Virus record (IMG/VR): IMGVR_UViG_3300045988_079011
DNA: 52,660 nt
Reading direction: 5' to 3' (one strand)
From: a virus
The notes beneath the pieces are model-generated. The model was not told the origin of the DNA and searched no databases. It saw nothing but the letters and a program-made list of their open reading frames with translations. Position numbers and translations under genes: made by a program. Within the stretch, counting starts at the first letter, position 1; each line of letters starts with the position of its first letter. Below are positions 15,048-23,836 of the stretch, piece by piece.

Positions 15048-16358
15048 TCAGTCGAAAAAACGGGACAGCGTTTCAGCCGGTTTGCCGTCTTTCTTTTTTT
15101 TCGGTTCTGTCGGGTCCGGCTCTTCTTTCGGTTCCTTCTCCTCGCACGGGATACCGTATTTTTCCTCAAAGTACTGAGGCTTTACCTTGTAGTGTTGCAG
15201 TACCATTTCCTCGTAAGCTTTCTGCTGTTCGGGCGTGTAGTCAATGGAGTAGTCCCAATCGAAGCGCAGCCCTTTAACAGGGAACCCGTGGCGCACCATG
15301 CGCGGAATGAGCTGGTTGTTCACTATATCCCGAAGCATATCACAGTCGCTTTCCACGAGGTTCTGGAACACTTCAAGGTGCGTTTCCGACTGTGATAGGC
15401 TGCTTCCGTCCTCGATGGTCATCGTCTGCCCGATGATAAGCTTTGACAGTTCGGAGTTGGCCCGATCGATACGCTTGTCATAGACATTGAATGCGTCCCC
15501 CTTGCCGCTTTCCACAAATTCGATTTCGGTTTCCATTCCTGCCACCATGGAGAGGGCGGTTCCGGCTTCACGCAACATCTTGTCGAGACGGTCAATCTCT
15601 TTCTGATCGCGCGAAGTGGTGCGTGCTATACGCATGGGCATTCCGAATATTTCCCCGAAGGTGTCCCAAAAGGCCAGCATGTTCTTTTTGGGAATAGTCT
15701 GTGAAGCAGCCTTGAGATACAGCCCGAGGTCGTCGGGCCTACCTGCCTCAATGAGCCAGTCGGAAAAAGGAGGCTGGCGGTAGTCTATACCTGTAGTCCA
15801 GTCCTGCCCGAGGTCGGTAATGACACGCCCATACTCAGGAATGACATGTTTGCGCGGAATAAGCTTCACATCCGAATAACAGATGCAGCCGTCGCCGTCA
15901 GTGCAAAGGTCGCCCAATTCGATGAGCGAATGTCCCCAGTAGATTGAATCAAGTGCATAGCGCATGAGCTGCTTGAACCAGGACTGGTCAAAGAAGTGAA
16001 CCGCTTCCTCGTTCTCATCCCCTTTCATATCCACGATTTTGAAAGAACGTGCCATGACAAAACCTCTGCGCTGCTCCACACACCCGGAGAGGTGAAGGTC
16101 TATTTCCGCGTCCCGGTAGATGTCGTACAGGCGCTGGCGGCTGGGACTGTCCACATTGATGGCATACTGCCAGGCATCGCGCCAGTTCTTGATGTCCTTC
16201 CGGGTGAGTGCATCGGTGGTGCGTTGCAGGTCGATGACCATTTTCTGCACCCGCTTGATGTCTTTCCCCTTGGCCAGATTAAAATTGCCGTATGGCGTTT
16301 GCAGTACGTTTTTCGGTTTATTGGAAAACATACCGCTGAAAAAGTCTTTAATATCCAT
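15048..16358 (-). CDS. Portal protein (Mu gp29 / DUF935-like)
   Basis: The segment FWDTFGEIFGMPMRIA...ANSELSKLIIGQTMTIEDGSS matches the DUF935 portal pattern. I chose the ATG at 16358 (MDIKDFF), 11 nt after the upstream stop, over the tracked start at 16553. Confidence 0.85.
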   Translation of the reverse strand: MDIKDFFSGMFSNKPKNVLQTPYGNFNLAKGKDIKRVQKMVIDLQRTTDALTRKDIKNWRDAWQYAINVDSPSRQRLYDIYRDAEIDLHLSGCVEQRRGFVMARSFKIVDMKGDENEEAVHFFDQSWFKQLMRYALDSIYWGHSLIELGDLCTDGDGCICYSDVKLIPRKHVIPEYGRVITDLGQDWTTGIDYRQPPFSDWLIEAGRPDDLGLYLKAASQTIPKKNMLAFWDTFGEIFGMPMRIARTTSRDQKEIDRLDKMLREAGTALSMVAGMETEIEFVESGKGDAFNVYDKRIDRANSELSKLIIGQTMTIEDGSSLSQSETHLEVFQNLVESDCDMLRDIVNNQLIPRMVRHGFPVKGLRFDWDYSIDYTPEQQKAYEEMVLQHYKVKPQYFEEKYGIPCEEKEPKEEPDPTEPKKKKDGKPAETLSRFFD

Positions 16359-16362
16359 AATC

Positions 16363-16782
16363 CTACCAGTTATGATGAAGCTGCTTCTGACAGCTGTAAA
16401 CAAATGAATTTCCGGACGGAAGCCCATCTTCTCCGACAGCCAAAGGCAAATCAGGGACAATTTTTCCGGCCTGTACGCCTTCAAGCCACTTGATGGCCCG
16501 TTCATACCGTTCCTTGCGTATCTCGCTTCCCATCTTTTGCGGCATGGCTGCACTCATGTGGTAAAGTGAAATGTCGCAGGTGTACATGACAATGAGGCGG
16601 TTCCGATGTTCATCCTGTGCAGAGAAAATGGCCGTACAGTCGTATTTCGGCCGTAGATAACCGGCAATTTCTTCCCGGGCTTCCGCTTCTGCATTGGTAC
16701 GGTTTTCCGGGCTTACCTGCGAGATAACCTTTAATGCGTTGTCGCCGATGACAACTTTGTAATCTTCTTCTGTAATGAACAT
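16363..16782 (-). CDS. DUF1320 / Mu gp36-like head protein
   Basis: 139 aa. The pattern EEIAGYLRPKYD ... CDISLYHM ... ERYERAIKWLEGVQAGKI resembles DUF1320. Confidence 0.55.
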   Translation of the reverse strand: MFITEEDYKVVIGDNALKVISQVSPENRTNAEAEAREEIAGYLRPKYDCTAIFSAQDEHRNRLIVMYTCDISLYHMSAAMPQKMGSEIRKERYERAIKWLEGVQAGKIVPDLPLAVGEDGLPSGNSFVYSCQKQLHHNW

Positions 16783-16792
16783 GACTTTACTT

Positions 16793-17023
16793 TCATTTAG
16801 TGATGAACAATGCCATTTTTTCTATATCCCGGATAGTGGTTCCCTTGCGGAAACGGTGGCGGTGAATCAGTTCACAGATGTTCCTTTTGGGGACAACTTT
16901 CAGTTTGCCACCCATATACAGGACGTAGTACTTTCTTCCGTAGAGCTTGGCGTACTTGCAAGCACGGGCAACGGCACGTTTATAGCGCCATGCAAAAATC
17001 ATTCTTTTAATCAGCTGTATCAT
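16793..17023 (-). CDS. Small basic hypothetical protein
   Basis: 76 aa from the ATG one nt after the TerL stop. The longer tracked ORF (to 17155) overlaps TerL. Confidence 0.4.
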   Translation of the reverse strand: MIQLIKRMIFAWRYKRAVARACKYAKLYGRKYYVLYMGGKLKVVPKRNICELIHRHRFRKGTTIRDIEKMALFITK

Positions 17024-17024
17024 G

Positions 17025-18584
17025 TTACCATATATTTTTGGCGGTCGGCCTTTTACCGAACACCGGTTGAAAACTCTCCTGCCTTGAATTGCGCTGCAGC
17101 ATCCAGATGGCTCCCTCGTCGGCATCCGGTGCATCATCGTGAATACGGCTGCCACGCTCCAGTGCCAAGGTCTGTTCGATTCCGGTCTGCATATCCGGCG
17201 ATTCTTTCAACTTCTCATTGTAGAATACGAAACCGCGTTCCCATAATGGTGACACCGCTTCGATGCGCTGGAGCTTGTCCGGTTTCTTTCGTTTGTCCGG
17301 CATGATGGGCAGTTGGTATCCACGCAGATTCCCTTCTGCCTCAAACTCATCCAGAATGACATCCTGCATGAAGTTCGCTTCCATAAAGAACTGGACGGCT
17401 GCCGTATCACGTGTACGCTCGTAGAGGTCGTAAAGCCACCGTACCATTCCTGAAACGGTATCCTGCCGGACGTAACAGTCTATAAGGTGCAGTTCCTTCC
17501 CAATCTTGCCCCAAAGGCGGCAAGCCTTGTAGTCGTTGGAAGTGGTCGATTTGAAAGAGGGGTCGGTATAGCAGACCAGCATTTCATACTTGGATAGCCT
17601 GGGCAGTTTCTTGTAACGAATCCAGTCTGCCCGAAAAATAGTTCCGTCCACGATGGGGTTGTGCATCATCTCCTTTTCCCATGCCCGGTAGCCTACGAAA
17701 TCCCTGTATTCCTGCGCCTCTTCTTTCGTCCATTTTTCGCGCCATACCGGTTCTCCGTTCTTGTCTATTGCCTTGATGACGGATACATGTACCCCTTTTG
17801 TCTTGGTGAGATTGGCCAGCACCGAGTTTTTAGAAATGAGGTTCCCGACCATGATAAAACGCCCCCGGCCCACATCCAGTGCACCAAAAAGGGCTTCTTT
17901 CACCCAGTCTGTAATGTCATGCACCCGTTTCTCATTGCGGCACAGTTCGTCGTCATCCAAGTCATCGATGACGATGTAGTCCGGACGTGCTTCCCGGTCT
18001 CGCAAACCACGTGGAGACTGTCCGCGTCCGCAAGCCAGGAATTTCACCCCGTTGGCCGCCTTGAACTCCCCATCCTGCCAGGAGGCATTCCCCTGCTGCT
18101 TGCCGAAGTCGGCAATGATGCGCTGGTTATGTTCCAGTTCTGCCTGAATATCTCCCAGCAGACGTGTGGCTGAGTCCTCACTTTTGCCGACCACCACCAT
18201 GAAGTTGATGAGACGTTTGGGCTGGAACATCAGCCACAGCGGAACAAAAATGTCCATGTGTGTGGACTTGGCATGGCCACGCGGCCACATGAATACCGCT
18301 TTCAGGTTGGGTGTGCCTTTTACTTTAGCCGCTGCCGCATTGTGGAACGGTGCATTGTGGATGGTGCGTATGACTTCCCCGGTGGTTTTGTCACGCAAGG
18401 TGAGAAAGTGGGGGAAGTAATATTCACAGAACGCGGCATAGTTACCCTGCAGACGCAGAATACGCCTGTCCTTTTGTGCCGGTGTCTCGCCCGCGAGCAA
18501 AGCCGTATCCGTGATGGACTGCACTCTTTTACAGTGTTCCTTCCACTGTTCGTATGCCTGTTTCTTTTCCGCTGCTGTTGCCAT
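17025..18584 (-). CDS. Terminase large subunit (Mu gp28-like)
   Basis: 519 aa. Walker A-like WPRGHAKST, Walker B YIVIDDLDDDE. C-terminal nuclease-like region. Follows TerS. Confidence 0.85.
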   Translation of the reverse strand: MATAAEKKQAYEQWKEHCKRVQSITDTALLAGETPAQKDRRILRLQGNYAAFCEYYFPHFLTLRDKTTGEVIRTIHNAPFHNAAAAKVKGTPNLKAVFMWPRGHAKSTHMDIFVPLWLMFQPKRLINFMVVVGKSEDSATRLLGDIQAELEHNQRIIADFGKQQGNASWQDGEFKAANGVKFLACGRGQSPRGLRDREARPDYIVIDDLDDDELCRNEKRVHDITDWVKEALFGALDVGRGRFIMVGNLISKNSVLANLTKTKGVHVSVIKAIDKNGEPVWREKWTKEEAQEYRDFVGYRAWEKEMMHNPIVDGTIFRADWIRYKKLPRLSKYEMLVCYTDPSFKSTTSNDYKACRLWGKIGKELHLIDCYVRQDTVSGMVRWLYDLYERTRDTAAVQFFMEANFMQDVILDEFEAEGNLRGYQLPIMPDKRKKPDKLQRIEAVSPLWERGFVFYNEKLKESPDMQTGIEQTLALERGSRIHDDAPDADEGAIWMLQRNSRQESFQPVFGKRPTAKNIW

Positions 18585-18591
18585 AGCCGTT

Positions 18592-19056
18592 TTATTTTAT
18601 GCCCATCTGTTCGGTGATATACAGATCCTGGTACTTGTTGATTGCCCTGACCAGTTCCGGAGTCACTTCCGGGTCGATGGTTGAACGGTATTCAATCCAT
18701 TTGGAGAATGCCATGAACACTTCAATGACATCCACTACGTTGGCCTTCTTGTCTAACTTTTCAATCACCGCCGAAAGTTTGGCCAGTTTGTCCCCGAGAC
18801 CAGCTACAAGTGCAGGGTCGTTCGATTCGTTGACTTGAGTAATGAGTGTATCAATGGTGAGCAGGAGTTTGTTCACCAGTTCCGGCCGGGTGACGTTCTT
18901 TGCCGCCCTTGCCTCTTTCCATCCGTCAGCCGTGCACCATTTTGAGATGGTGACGCGTGACACGTCCACTTTCTCCGCAATTTCAGTCTGTTCCATGCCG
19001 GAAAGGAACAGTGAGCGTGCAAGAGATTTTTTCTTTTCGATTTCTGCCTTTGTCAT
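18592..19056 (-). CDS. Terminase small subunit (Mu gp27 / DUF1804-like HTH)
   Basis: 154 aa. GMEQTEIAEKVDVSRVTISKWCTADGWKEAR is typical of the gp27 family. Confidence 0.7.
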   Translation of the reverse strand: MTKAEIEKKKSLARSLFLSGMEQTEIAEKVDVSRVTISKWCTADGWKEARAAKNVTRPELVNKLLLTIDTLITQVNESNDPALVAGLGDKLAKLSAVIEKLDKKANVVDVIEVFMAFSKWIEYRSTIDPEVTPELVRAINKYQDLYITEQMGIK

Positions 19057-19154
19057 ATAATAAAGAATATAGGGTTAAAGGCAGGCTTCGGAGTCCCTTG
19101 CACCTGCCCGATTTATTCGCAAAGTTGTCCGCTTATCAGCTTGCAGCCAAAATA

Positions 19155-19240
19155 ATGTGCAACGGTTTCATAGAAGTGTGCAACCATTGCACACTTTTTT
19201 GGCTTCCCGGTAAGTGCTCTGTAATATTGCAGCGCCAATG
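19155..19240 (+). promoter_or_regulatory. Divergent late control region: repeated TGTGCAAC boxes, palindrome, -7-like box
   Basis: TGTGCAAC at 19156-19163 and 19177-19184 (21-bp phasing). Perfect palindrome GTGTGCAA-cca-TTGCACAC at 19176-19194, followed by T6. TAATATTG at 19222-19229, upstream of the ATG at 19263. Confidence 0.45.
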
Positions 19241-19262
19241 CATAAAGGCGTGGCATGAGAAA

Positions 19263-20198
19263 ATGAGTAAACGTGTAAGAATTTCAAACGACAGCCTGAA
19301 CAGCTACGGAAGCCGTGTGTTGACATCGGGCATGAGTGTGGAGCAGTATTGCCGAAACCCGGTACTGCTGTACATGCACCAACGCGGAAACGTGATTGGT
19401 TATGTGAAGGACCTTCGGGTAGAGGATGGTGAAGTAACCGGGGAACTGGTGTTTGACGAAGCGACCGACCTCAGTAAAAGATGCAAGAAACAGTTTGAAT
19501 TCGGCAGTCTGAGAATGGTGAGTGCCGGAATAGACATTCTGGAACTGAGTGACCAGCCCGAACATTTGCTGCAGGGGCAGACCAGCCCGACAATAACCAA
19601 AAGCAAGCTGTATGAGGTATCACTGGTGGATGTAGGTTCCAATGATGATGCCATCGTACTGATGAAGGATGGAAAACAAATCACATTGGGAAAGGATGGT
19701 GATTGTCCTTTGCCACTAATCAATAACCAAAAAACAACAGAAGAAATGGAACTGAAACTTTTGGCCCTTCAATTGGGGCTGCCGGAAACGGCAACGGAGG
19801 CTGATGTTAATCAAGCCTTAAATGAACTGAAAGCAGCCAAGGCAGAGAATGATTCCCTGAAGCAAGAAAACGGGAAGCTGACTTTGGCCCGTATCACTGG
19901 TCTTGTAGAAAAGGCAGTGGTGGAAAAGCGTCTGGGAGAAGACAAGAAGATACAGTTTATCGAACTTGGCAAGAAGGTTGGTGTCGATGAACTGAAGAAT
20001 GTGCTTGATGCCATGCAACCACAGGTGAAGATTTCCACTGTATTGAGCTATCAGGGCGGCAAGCAGCAGGCACAGCCGTCCACCTATGCCAAACTGAGCG
20101 ATGTCCCGAGTGATGCGCTGCTTGAAATGCGCGAGCATAACCCGGAGGAGTACAAGCGCCTGTACAAGGCTGAATACGGCATGACCTGTGAAATTTGA
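19263..20198 (+). CDS. Prohead protease (S78/HK97-like) fused to scaffold (Mu I-like)
   Basis: NPVLLYMHQRGNVIGYV and YEVSLVDVGSNDDA protease motifs. C-terminal coiled coil (ELKAAKAENDSLKQENGKL). ATG at 19263 chosen; the tracked ORF start at 18957 overlaps TerS. Confidence 0.8.
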   Translation: MSKRVRISNDSLNSYGSRVLTSGMSVEQYCRNPVLLYMHQRGNVIGYVKDLRVEDGEVTGELVFDEATDLSKRCKKQFEFGSLRMVSAGIDILELSDQPEHLLQGQTSPTITKSKLYEVSLVDVGSNDDAIVLMKDGKQITLGKDGDCPLPLINNQKTTEEMELKLLALQLGLPETATEADVNQALNELKAAKAENDSLKQENGKLTLARITGLVEKAVVEKRLGEDKKIQFIELGKKVGVDELKNVLDAMQPQVKISTVLSYQGGKQQAQPSTYAKLSDVPSDALLEMREHNPEEYKRLYKAEYGMTCEI

Positions 20199-20209
20199 AA
20201 ACCTTTAAA

Positions 20210-21274
20210 ATGAAGAAAATGGGAAAAATTGTAATGCTTTTGACGGCACTTCTGTTCAATACGCTGACAGGTGTCGTGTGTGCTTCGGTATTGGGATTCT
20301 CTCCGGTGGCCGGAGCTGTGGGAATGAATGCGGTGGCAGCCTTTATGGGAATGGCCCCGCAAAGTACTTCAATACTCCGTGAAGGGGTTTATACGGAAAT
20401 CTGGACAGGGGAACTTGTTAAGGTGCTCCGTGCCGGACTGGAAGGAACCTGGCTGTCAGGAATCCCCGACCAAAGCAGTATCGTGAATAACGATGTGATT
20501 CACCTGGTAGAAGTTGGTGTAGATCCGGATGTCTTGATAAACAATAAAACCTATCCGATTGATGTGCAGGCTTTGGAAGACAAGGATATTGCCATCAAGC
20601 TGGACAAATTCCAGACCAAGGCTACGCCGATTACAGACGATGAGCTTTATGCCATCAGCTATGACAAGACCGCCCGTGTGAAAGAGGGACATGCCAACAG
20701 TATCAATGATGCGAAGTTTACCAAGGCGGCCCATGCGCTTTGTGCGAACAAAAATACGGAAACTACTCCGGTGCTTAAGACTACCGGCGAGAAAGATCCG
20801 GCTACAAACCGTCTGCGCCTTACCGTGAATGACCTTGTGGAAATGAAGCGTGCCCTTGACAACCTGCGCGTACCGTCAGACGGCCGCAGACTGGTGCTTT
20901 GCCCCGACCATGTGAATGACCTGCTGCTGACCAGCCAGGCATTCCGTGAACAGTACAATATTGACCGCAACAGCGGCAAGGTAGGTAACCTTTACGGCTT
21001 TGAAATCTACGAGTACGGCAACAACCCGCTTTATACTACAGCCGGAGTGAAGAAGGCATTGGGTACAACGGCAGAAGCCGGTGAATTTCCGTGTTCATTT
21101 GCCTTCTACAAACAGAGGGTTTTCAAGGCAACAGGTTCTACCAAGATGTATTATTCCGAGTCAAAGAATGACCCGTTGAACCAGCGTAACCTGATTAACT
21201 TCCGCCATTACTTCATCTGCATGCCCAAGAAAGAGGATGCCGGAGTGGTAATGATGAGCGGCTATCAAGCATGA
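20210..21274 (+). CDS. Major capsid protein (candidate)
   Basis: About 354 aa, directly after the protease/scaffold. The tracked start at 20195 is TTG, so the first ATG at 20210 is used. The family was not recognised by eye. Confidence 0.65.
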   Translation: MKKMGKIVMLLTALLFNTLTGVVCASVLGFSPVAGAVGMNAVAAFMGMAPQSTSILREGVYTEIWTGELVKVLRAGLEGTWLSGIPDQSSIVNNDVIHLVEVGVDPDVLINNKTYPIDVQALEDKDIAIKLDKFQTKATPITDDELYAISYDKTARVKEGHANSINDAKFTKAAHALCANKNTETTPVLKTTGEKDPATNRLRLTVNDLVEMKRALDNLRVPSDGRRLVLCPDHVNDLLLTSQAFREQYNIDRNSGKVGNLYGFEIYEYGNNPLYTTAGVKKALGTTAEAGEFPCSFAFYKQRVFKATGSTKMYYSESKNDPLNQRNLINFRHYFICMPKKEDAGVVMMSGYQA

Positions 21275-21744
21275 TGATTATGGCAAAGTTGAAATATCTG
21301 GTAATACACTGTACGGCAACCCCGGAGGGGCGTGAGGTATCATCGGCGGACATCCGCAAATGGCATACTTCTCCGGTTGCCCAGGGAGGAAGAGGATGGA
21401 AGCAGGTTGGCTATACCGACCTGTTCCACCTGAACGGAGGCGTGGAACGTCTGGTAGAAAACAATGAGGATGCACAGGTGGACCCTTGGGAAGTGACCAA
21501 CGGAGCCAAGGGATATAACAGTGTAAGCCGTCACATCGTGTATGCCGGAGGCGTGGAAAAAGACGGTAAGACCCCGAAAGACACCCGCACTGGCTGCCAG
21601 AAAAAGGCACTGGAGAAGTATGTGAAGGATTTTCATCGGAAATTCCCTGATGTACGCATTATAGGACACAACGAACTGGCAGCGAAAGCCTGTCCGAGCT
21701 TCGATGTGCAGGAATGGTTGAAAGAAATAGGTATTAATCAATAA
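21271..21744 (+). CDS. N-acetylmuramoyl-L-alanine amidase (Amidase_2 / PGRP, T7 lysozyme-like endolysin)
   Basis: 157 aa. LVIHCTAT, GYN..SRHIVYAGG, IIGHNELAAKACPSFDV. Confidence 0.9.
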   Translation: MMIMAKLKYLVIHCTATPEGREVSSADIRKWHTSPVAQGGRGWKQVGYTDLFHLNGGVERLVENNEDAQVDPWEVTNGAKGYNSVSRHIVYAGGVEKDGKTPKDTRTGCQKKALEKYVKDFHRKFPDVRIIGHNELAAKACPSFDVQEWLKEIGINQ

Positions 21745-21758
21745 TAAAACCGGGTGGT

Positions 21759-22235
21759 ATGGACTTGAGCGAATTTATGAACATTATCCTTGGCGGCGGC
21801 CTGGTTGGTACGGTGGCGACCATTGGCTCCTTGCGGGCTACTGTGAGAAAAGCGAAAGCGGAAGCGATGAAGGCCGAGGCCGGTGCAGAGGCCATGCGCA
21901 TAGATAACGCCGAACATGCCACCCGCATTTTGATGGAAAATATTGTAAAACCTCTAAAAGATGAATTTTGTGAAACAAAGAAAGAACTGGCCCGCAATAC
22001 GCGCGAGATGGCCCGTCTTAGAAAAGCTATTGATACAGCCGGAAACTGTCCTCATCGTGACGATTGCCCTGTGCTTGACAGGTTGCGCGAGTCACCGAAA
22101 GAGCATGAACCGGGAAGTCCGGACGGAATCGGCAAGCGCCGACAGCGCGAGCGGAAGTCGACGGGCGGGACTGGTGATGGCGGGTATACCGGCGAGTTCG
22201 GTGAAGCTGACTATACCGGCGGACAGCCTCCGTAA
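21759..22235 (+). CDS. N-terminal TM + coiled-coil protein (i-spanin-like or holin-associated)
   Basis: 158 aa. TM helix IILGGGLVGTVATIGSL, then a helical KAKAEAMKAEAGAEAMRIDNAEH region. The low-complexity C-terminal third overlaps the next gene. Confidence 0.5.
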   Translation: MDLSEFMNIILGGGLVGTVATIGSLRATVRKAKAEAMKAEAGAEAMRIDNAEHATRILMENIVKPLKDEFCETKKELARNTREMARLRKAIDTAGNCPHRDDCPVLDRLRESPKEHEPGSPDGIGKRRQRERKSTGGTGDGGYTGEFGEADYTGGQPP

Positions 22236-22527
22236 ACTTCCTGAAGGTGCCGTGTACCGTGGCAAGAGCGGACAGGCGAATCTGACCGTAGGCAGCGACG
22301 ACAGCGGGAACATCGTGGCCGAAGCCTCGTGTGACAGTCTGCAGCAGCTGGTGCTATGGTATGAAGAAGAGCTGGCGCGCATCCGTAGCGAAACCAAGAG
22401 CGAAATTTCAAATGACGTTCAAACAGTAGAAAAACGCCCTCCGAACCGGATGCGGACGTTTATCACAGGTGTATTGGCCGGCTTATTGGCCGGTGTGTTA
22501 TTAACCATCAAACTTTATAAACGATGA
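21961..22527 (+). CDS. Lipobox protein with C-terminal TM (spanin-like)
   Basis: 188 aa. Lipobox LCLTGC. C-terminal TM FITGVLAGLLAGVLLTI followed by KLYKR. Overlaps the previous ORF out of frame by about 275 nt. The exact start is uncertain. Confidence 0.5.
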   Translation: MNFVKQRKNWPAIRARWPVLEKLLIQPETVLIVTIALCLTGCASHRKSMNREVRTESASADSASGSRRAGLVMAGIPASSVKLTIPADSLRKLPEGAVYRGKSGQANLTVGSDDSGNIVAEASCDSLQQLVLWYEEELARIRSETKSEISNDVQTVEKRPPNRMRTFITGVLAGLLAGVLLTIKLYKR

Positions 22528-23099
22528 ACAAGAATTTCATGTACGGCATAGGAGCCGTAAAGTATAAGGATTTCACAATCGGGTATATTGAAAAGAACTC
22601 GTTTGACCTGGGCGGCAAGAAACCCGAGGCCGCGAAGATCGAGGCCGAACAGGTGCAGGGTGCCCCGGTGCTGGTCATCCCACAGAGTAACGGCGGCATC
22701 GCCCCGACGTTCAATGTGATCCAGATGAACTATTCGAACCTGCACAAACTGCTTGGCGGCAGCCTGCATTATAAGAAAGAAGACTCGGAAAAGAAAACTC
22801 CGATCGGCTGGACAGCCCCGTCGGAGGTGCTTGTCATGCAGGGACCATGGGAACTCTCCCTCGTGTCCGGACAGAGCGTACTGATTCCCAACGCCACGCT
22901 GCTTTCCAATCCTGCAGGCAAGCTGACCCTTACAGAAACCTCCAAGATAGAGGTTACGCTCGAAGTGGCGATGCCGGAGGACGGTTCGCAGCCTTACGGC
23001 GTGTTCGATACGGAAGCAATACCGGACGAGTGGGGGCAGTACAAGCTGCCGCCGGCGGAAGCCGCGGCTGCAGCATCGCTCCAAAGCGAGGAGGGCTAA
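22524..23099 (+). CDS. Major tail (tube) protein candidate
   Basis: 191 aa. Positioned just before the chaperone pair and tape measure. ATGA coupling to the upstream gene. Confidence 0.5.
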   Translation: MNKNFMYGIGAVKYKDFTIGYIEKNSFDLGGKKPEAAKIEAEQVQGAPVLVIPQSNGGIAPTFNVIQMNYSNLHKLLGGSLHYKKEDSEKKTPIGWTAPSEVLVMQGPWELSLVSGQSVLIPNATLLSNPAGKLTLTETSKIEVTLEVAMPEDGSQPYGVFDTEAIPDEWGQYKLPPAEAAAAASLQSEEG

Positions 23100-23102
23100 C
23101 GT

Positions 23103-23591
23103 ATGGCTGACCGTTTGGAACAACTGATAGAGATGGAGTGTGCGGACGCGCTGCTTGACAGTGGCGTGTCCGTTCCTCTTAAAAGGTGGAAGTTTCCGTG
23201 GCTGAAACGCCCGGTGGAGGTACGTGTGACGATGAAGCGTCCGAGACTGCGGGGTCAGATATTGTTGGCCAGGGAATATCTGAAGATGGGTATCAAACCC
23301 GACTGGCAACCGAAGGACAAGGCCGAGGAACTGGCCTTTGTGGCGGAGCATGGCAAGGCCGTGAGCCGTCTGCTGGCCTATACGGTATGCCGGGGCTACG
23401 TGTCGCGGCACGTGGGTATCGGGGTGACGGCATGGGTGCTGCGGAACTTTGTGGAGTGGCGCTATCTGACGGCTATGTTCCGGACATTCGAGCGTCTGAT
23501 GGGCACGAAGGATTTTATGCGTATTATCAGCTCGACAGCGCGGGCGAACCCGATGACTCCGAGACTGAGCCAGGCAAGGAAGGGGAGTTAA
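23103..23591 (+). CDS. Tail assembly chaperone (G-like)
   Basis: 162 aa, immediately upstream of the tape measure. An open -1 frame continues past its stop. Confidence 0.6.
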   Translation: MADRLEQLIEMECADALLDSGVSVPLKRWKFPWLKRPVEVRVTMKRPRLRGQILLAREYLKMGIKPDWQPKDKAEELAFVAEHGKAVSRLLAYTVCRGYVSRHVGIGVTAWVLRNFVEWRYLTAMFRTFERLMGTKDFMRIISSTARANPMTPRLSQARKGS

Positions 23592-23836
23592 GAACCCGGT
23601 ATGAGGGTTCCCATAGCCCTTTCGGCTTCGTGTGGCAGATAGCGAGTGCAACGGGCTGGAGTGTGGACTACATTCTGGACGGTGTGAATTACCAGACGCT
23701 GATACTGATGCTGAACGACGCGCCGCGGTATGTGCGGCAAAAGCAAGGCGGCGGAAACGATGATTCCAAACCGGAACACAGCGCCGAGGATGAAGCGAAC
23801 GATATAGTAGGATTTTTTCAAAGCAAACTGGAATGA
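23582..23836 (+). CDS. Putative -1 frameshift extension of the tail chaperone (GT-like)
   Basis: The -1 frame is open from before the G stop through 23836 and encodes protein-like sequence (SPFGFVWQIASATGWSVDYILDGVNYQTLILMLNDAPRYV). It ends in an ATGA overlap with the tape measure start. Candidate slip region AGGAAGGGGA at 23577-23586 is non-canonical. Confidence 0.45.
   Translation, partial: GELRTRYEGSHSPFGFVWQIASATGWSVDYILDGVNYQTLILMLNDAPRYVRQKQGGGNDDSKPEHSAEDEANDIVGFFQSKLE

Noticed and set aside
16359-16553. 65-codon N-terminal extension of the portal ORF
   Set aside because: It overlaps the upstream DUF1320-like gene. The ATG at 16358, 11 nt after that gene's stop, gives a normal portal N-terminus.
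18957-19262. 102-codon N-terminal extension of the protease/scaffold ORF
   Set aside because: It overlaps the TerS coding region and the divergent promoter region. The protease homology begins right after the ATG at 19263.
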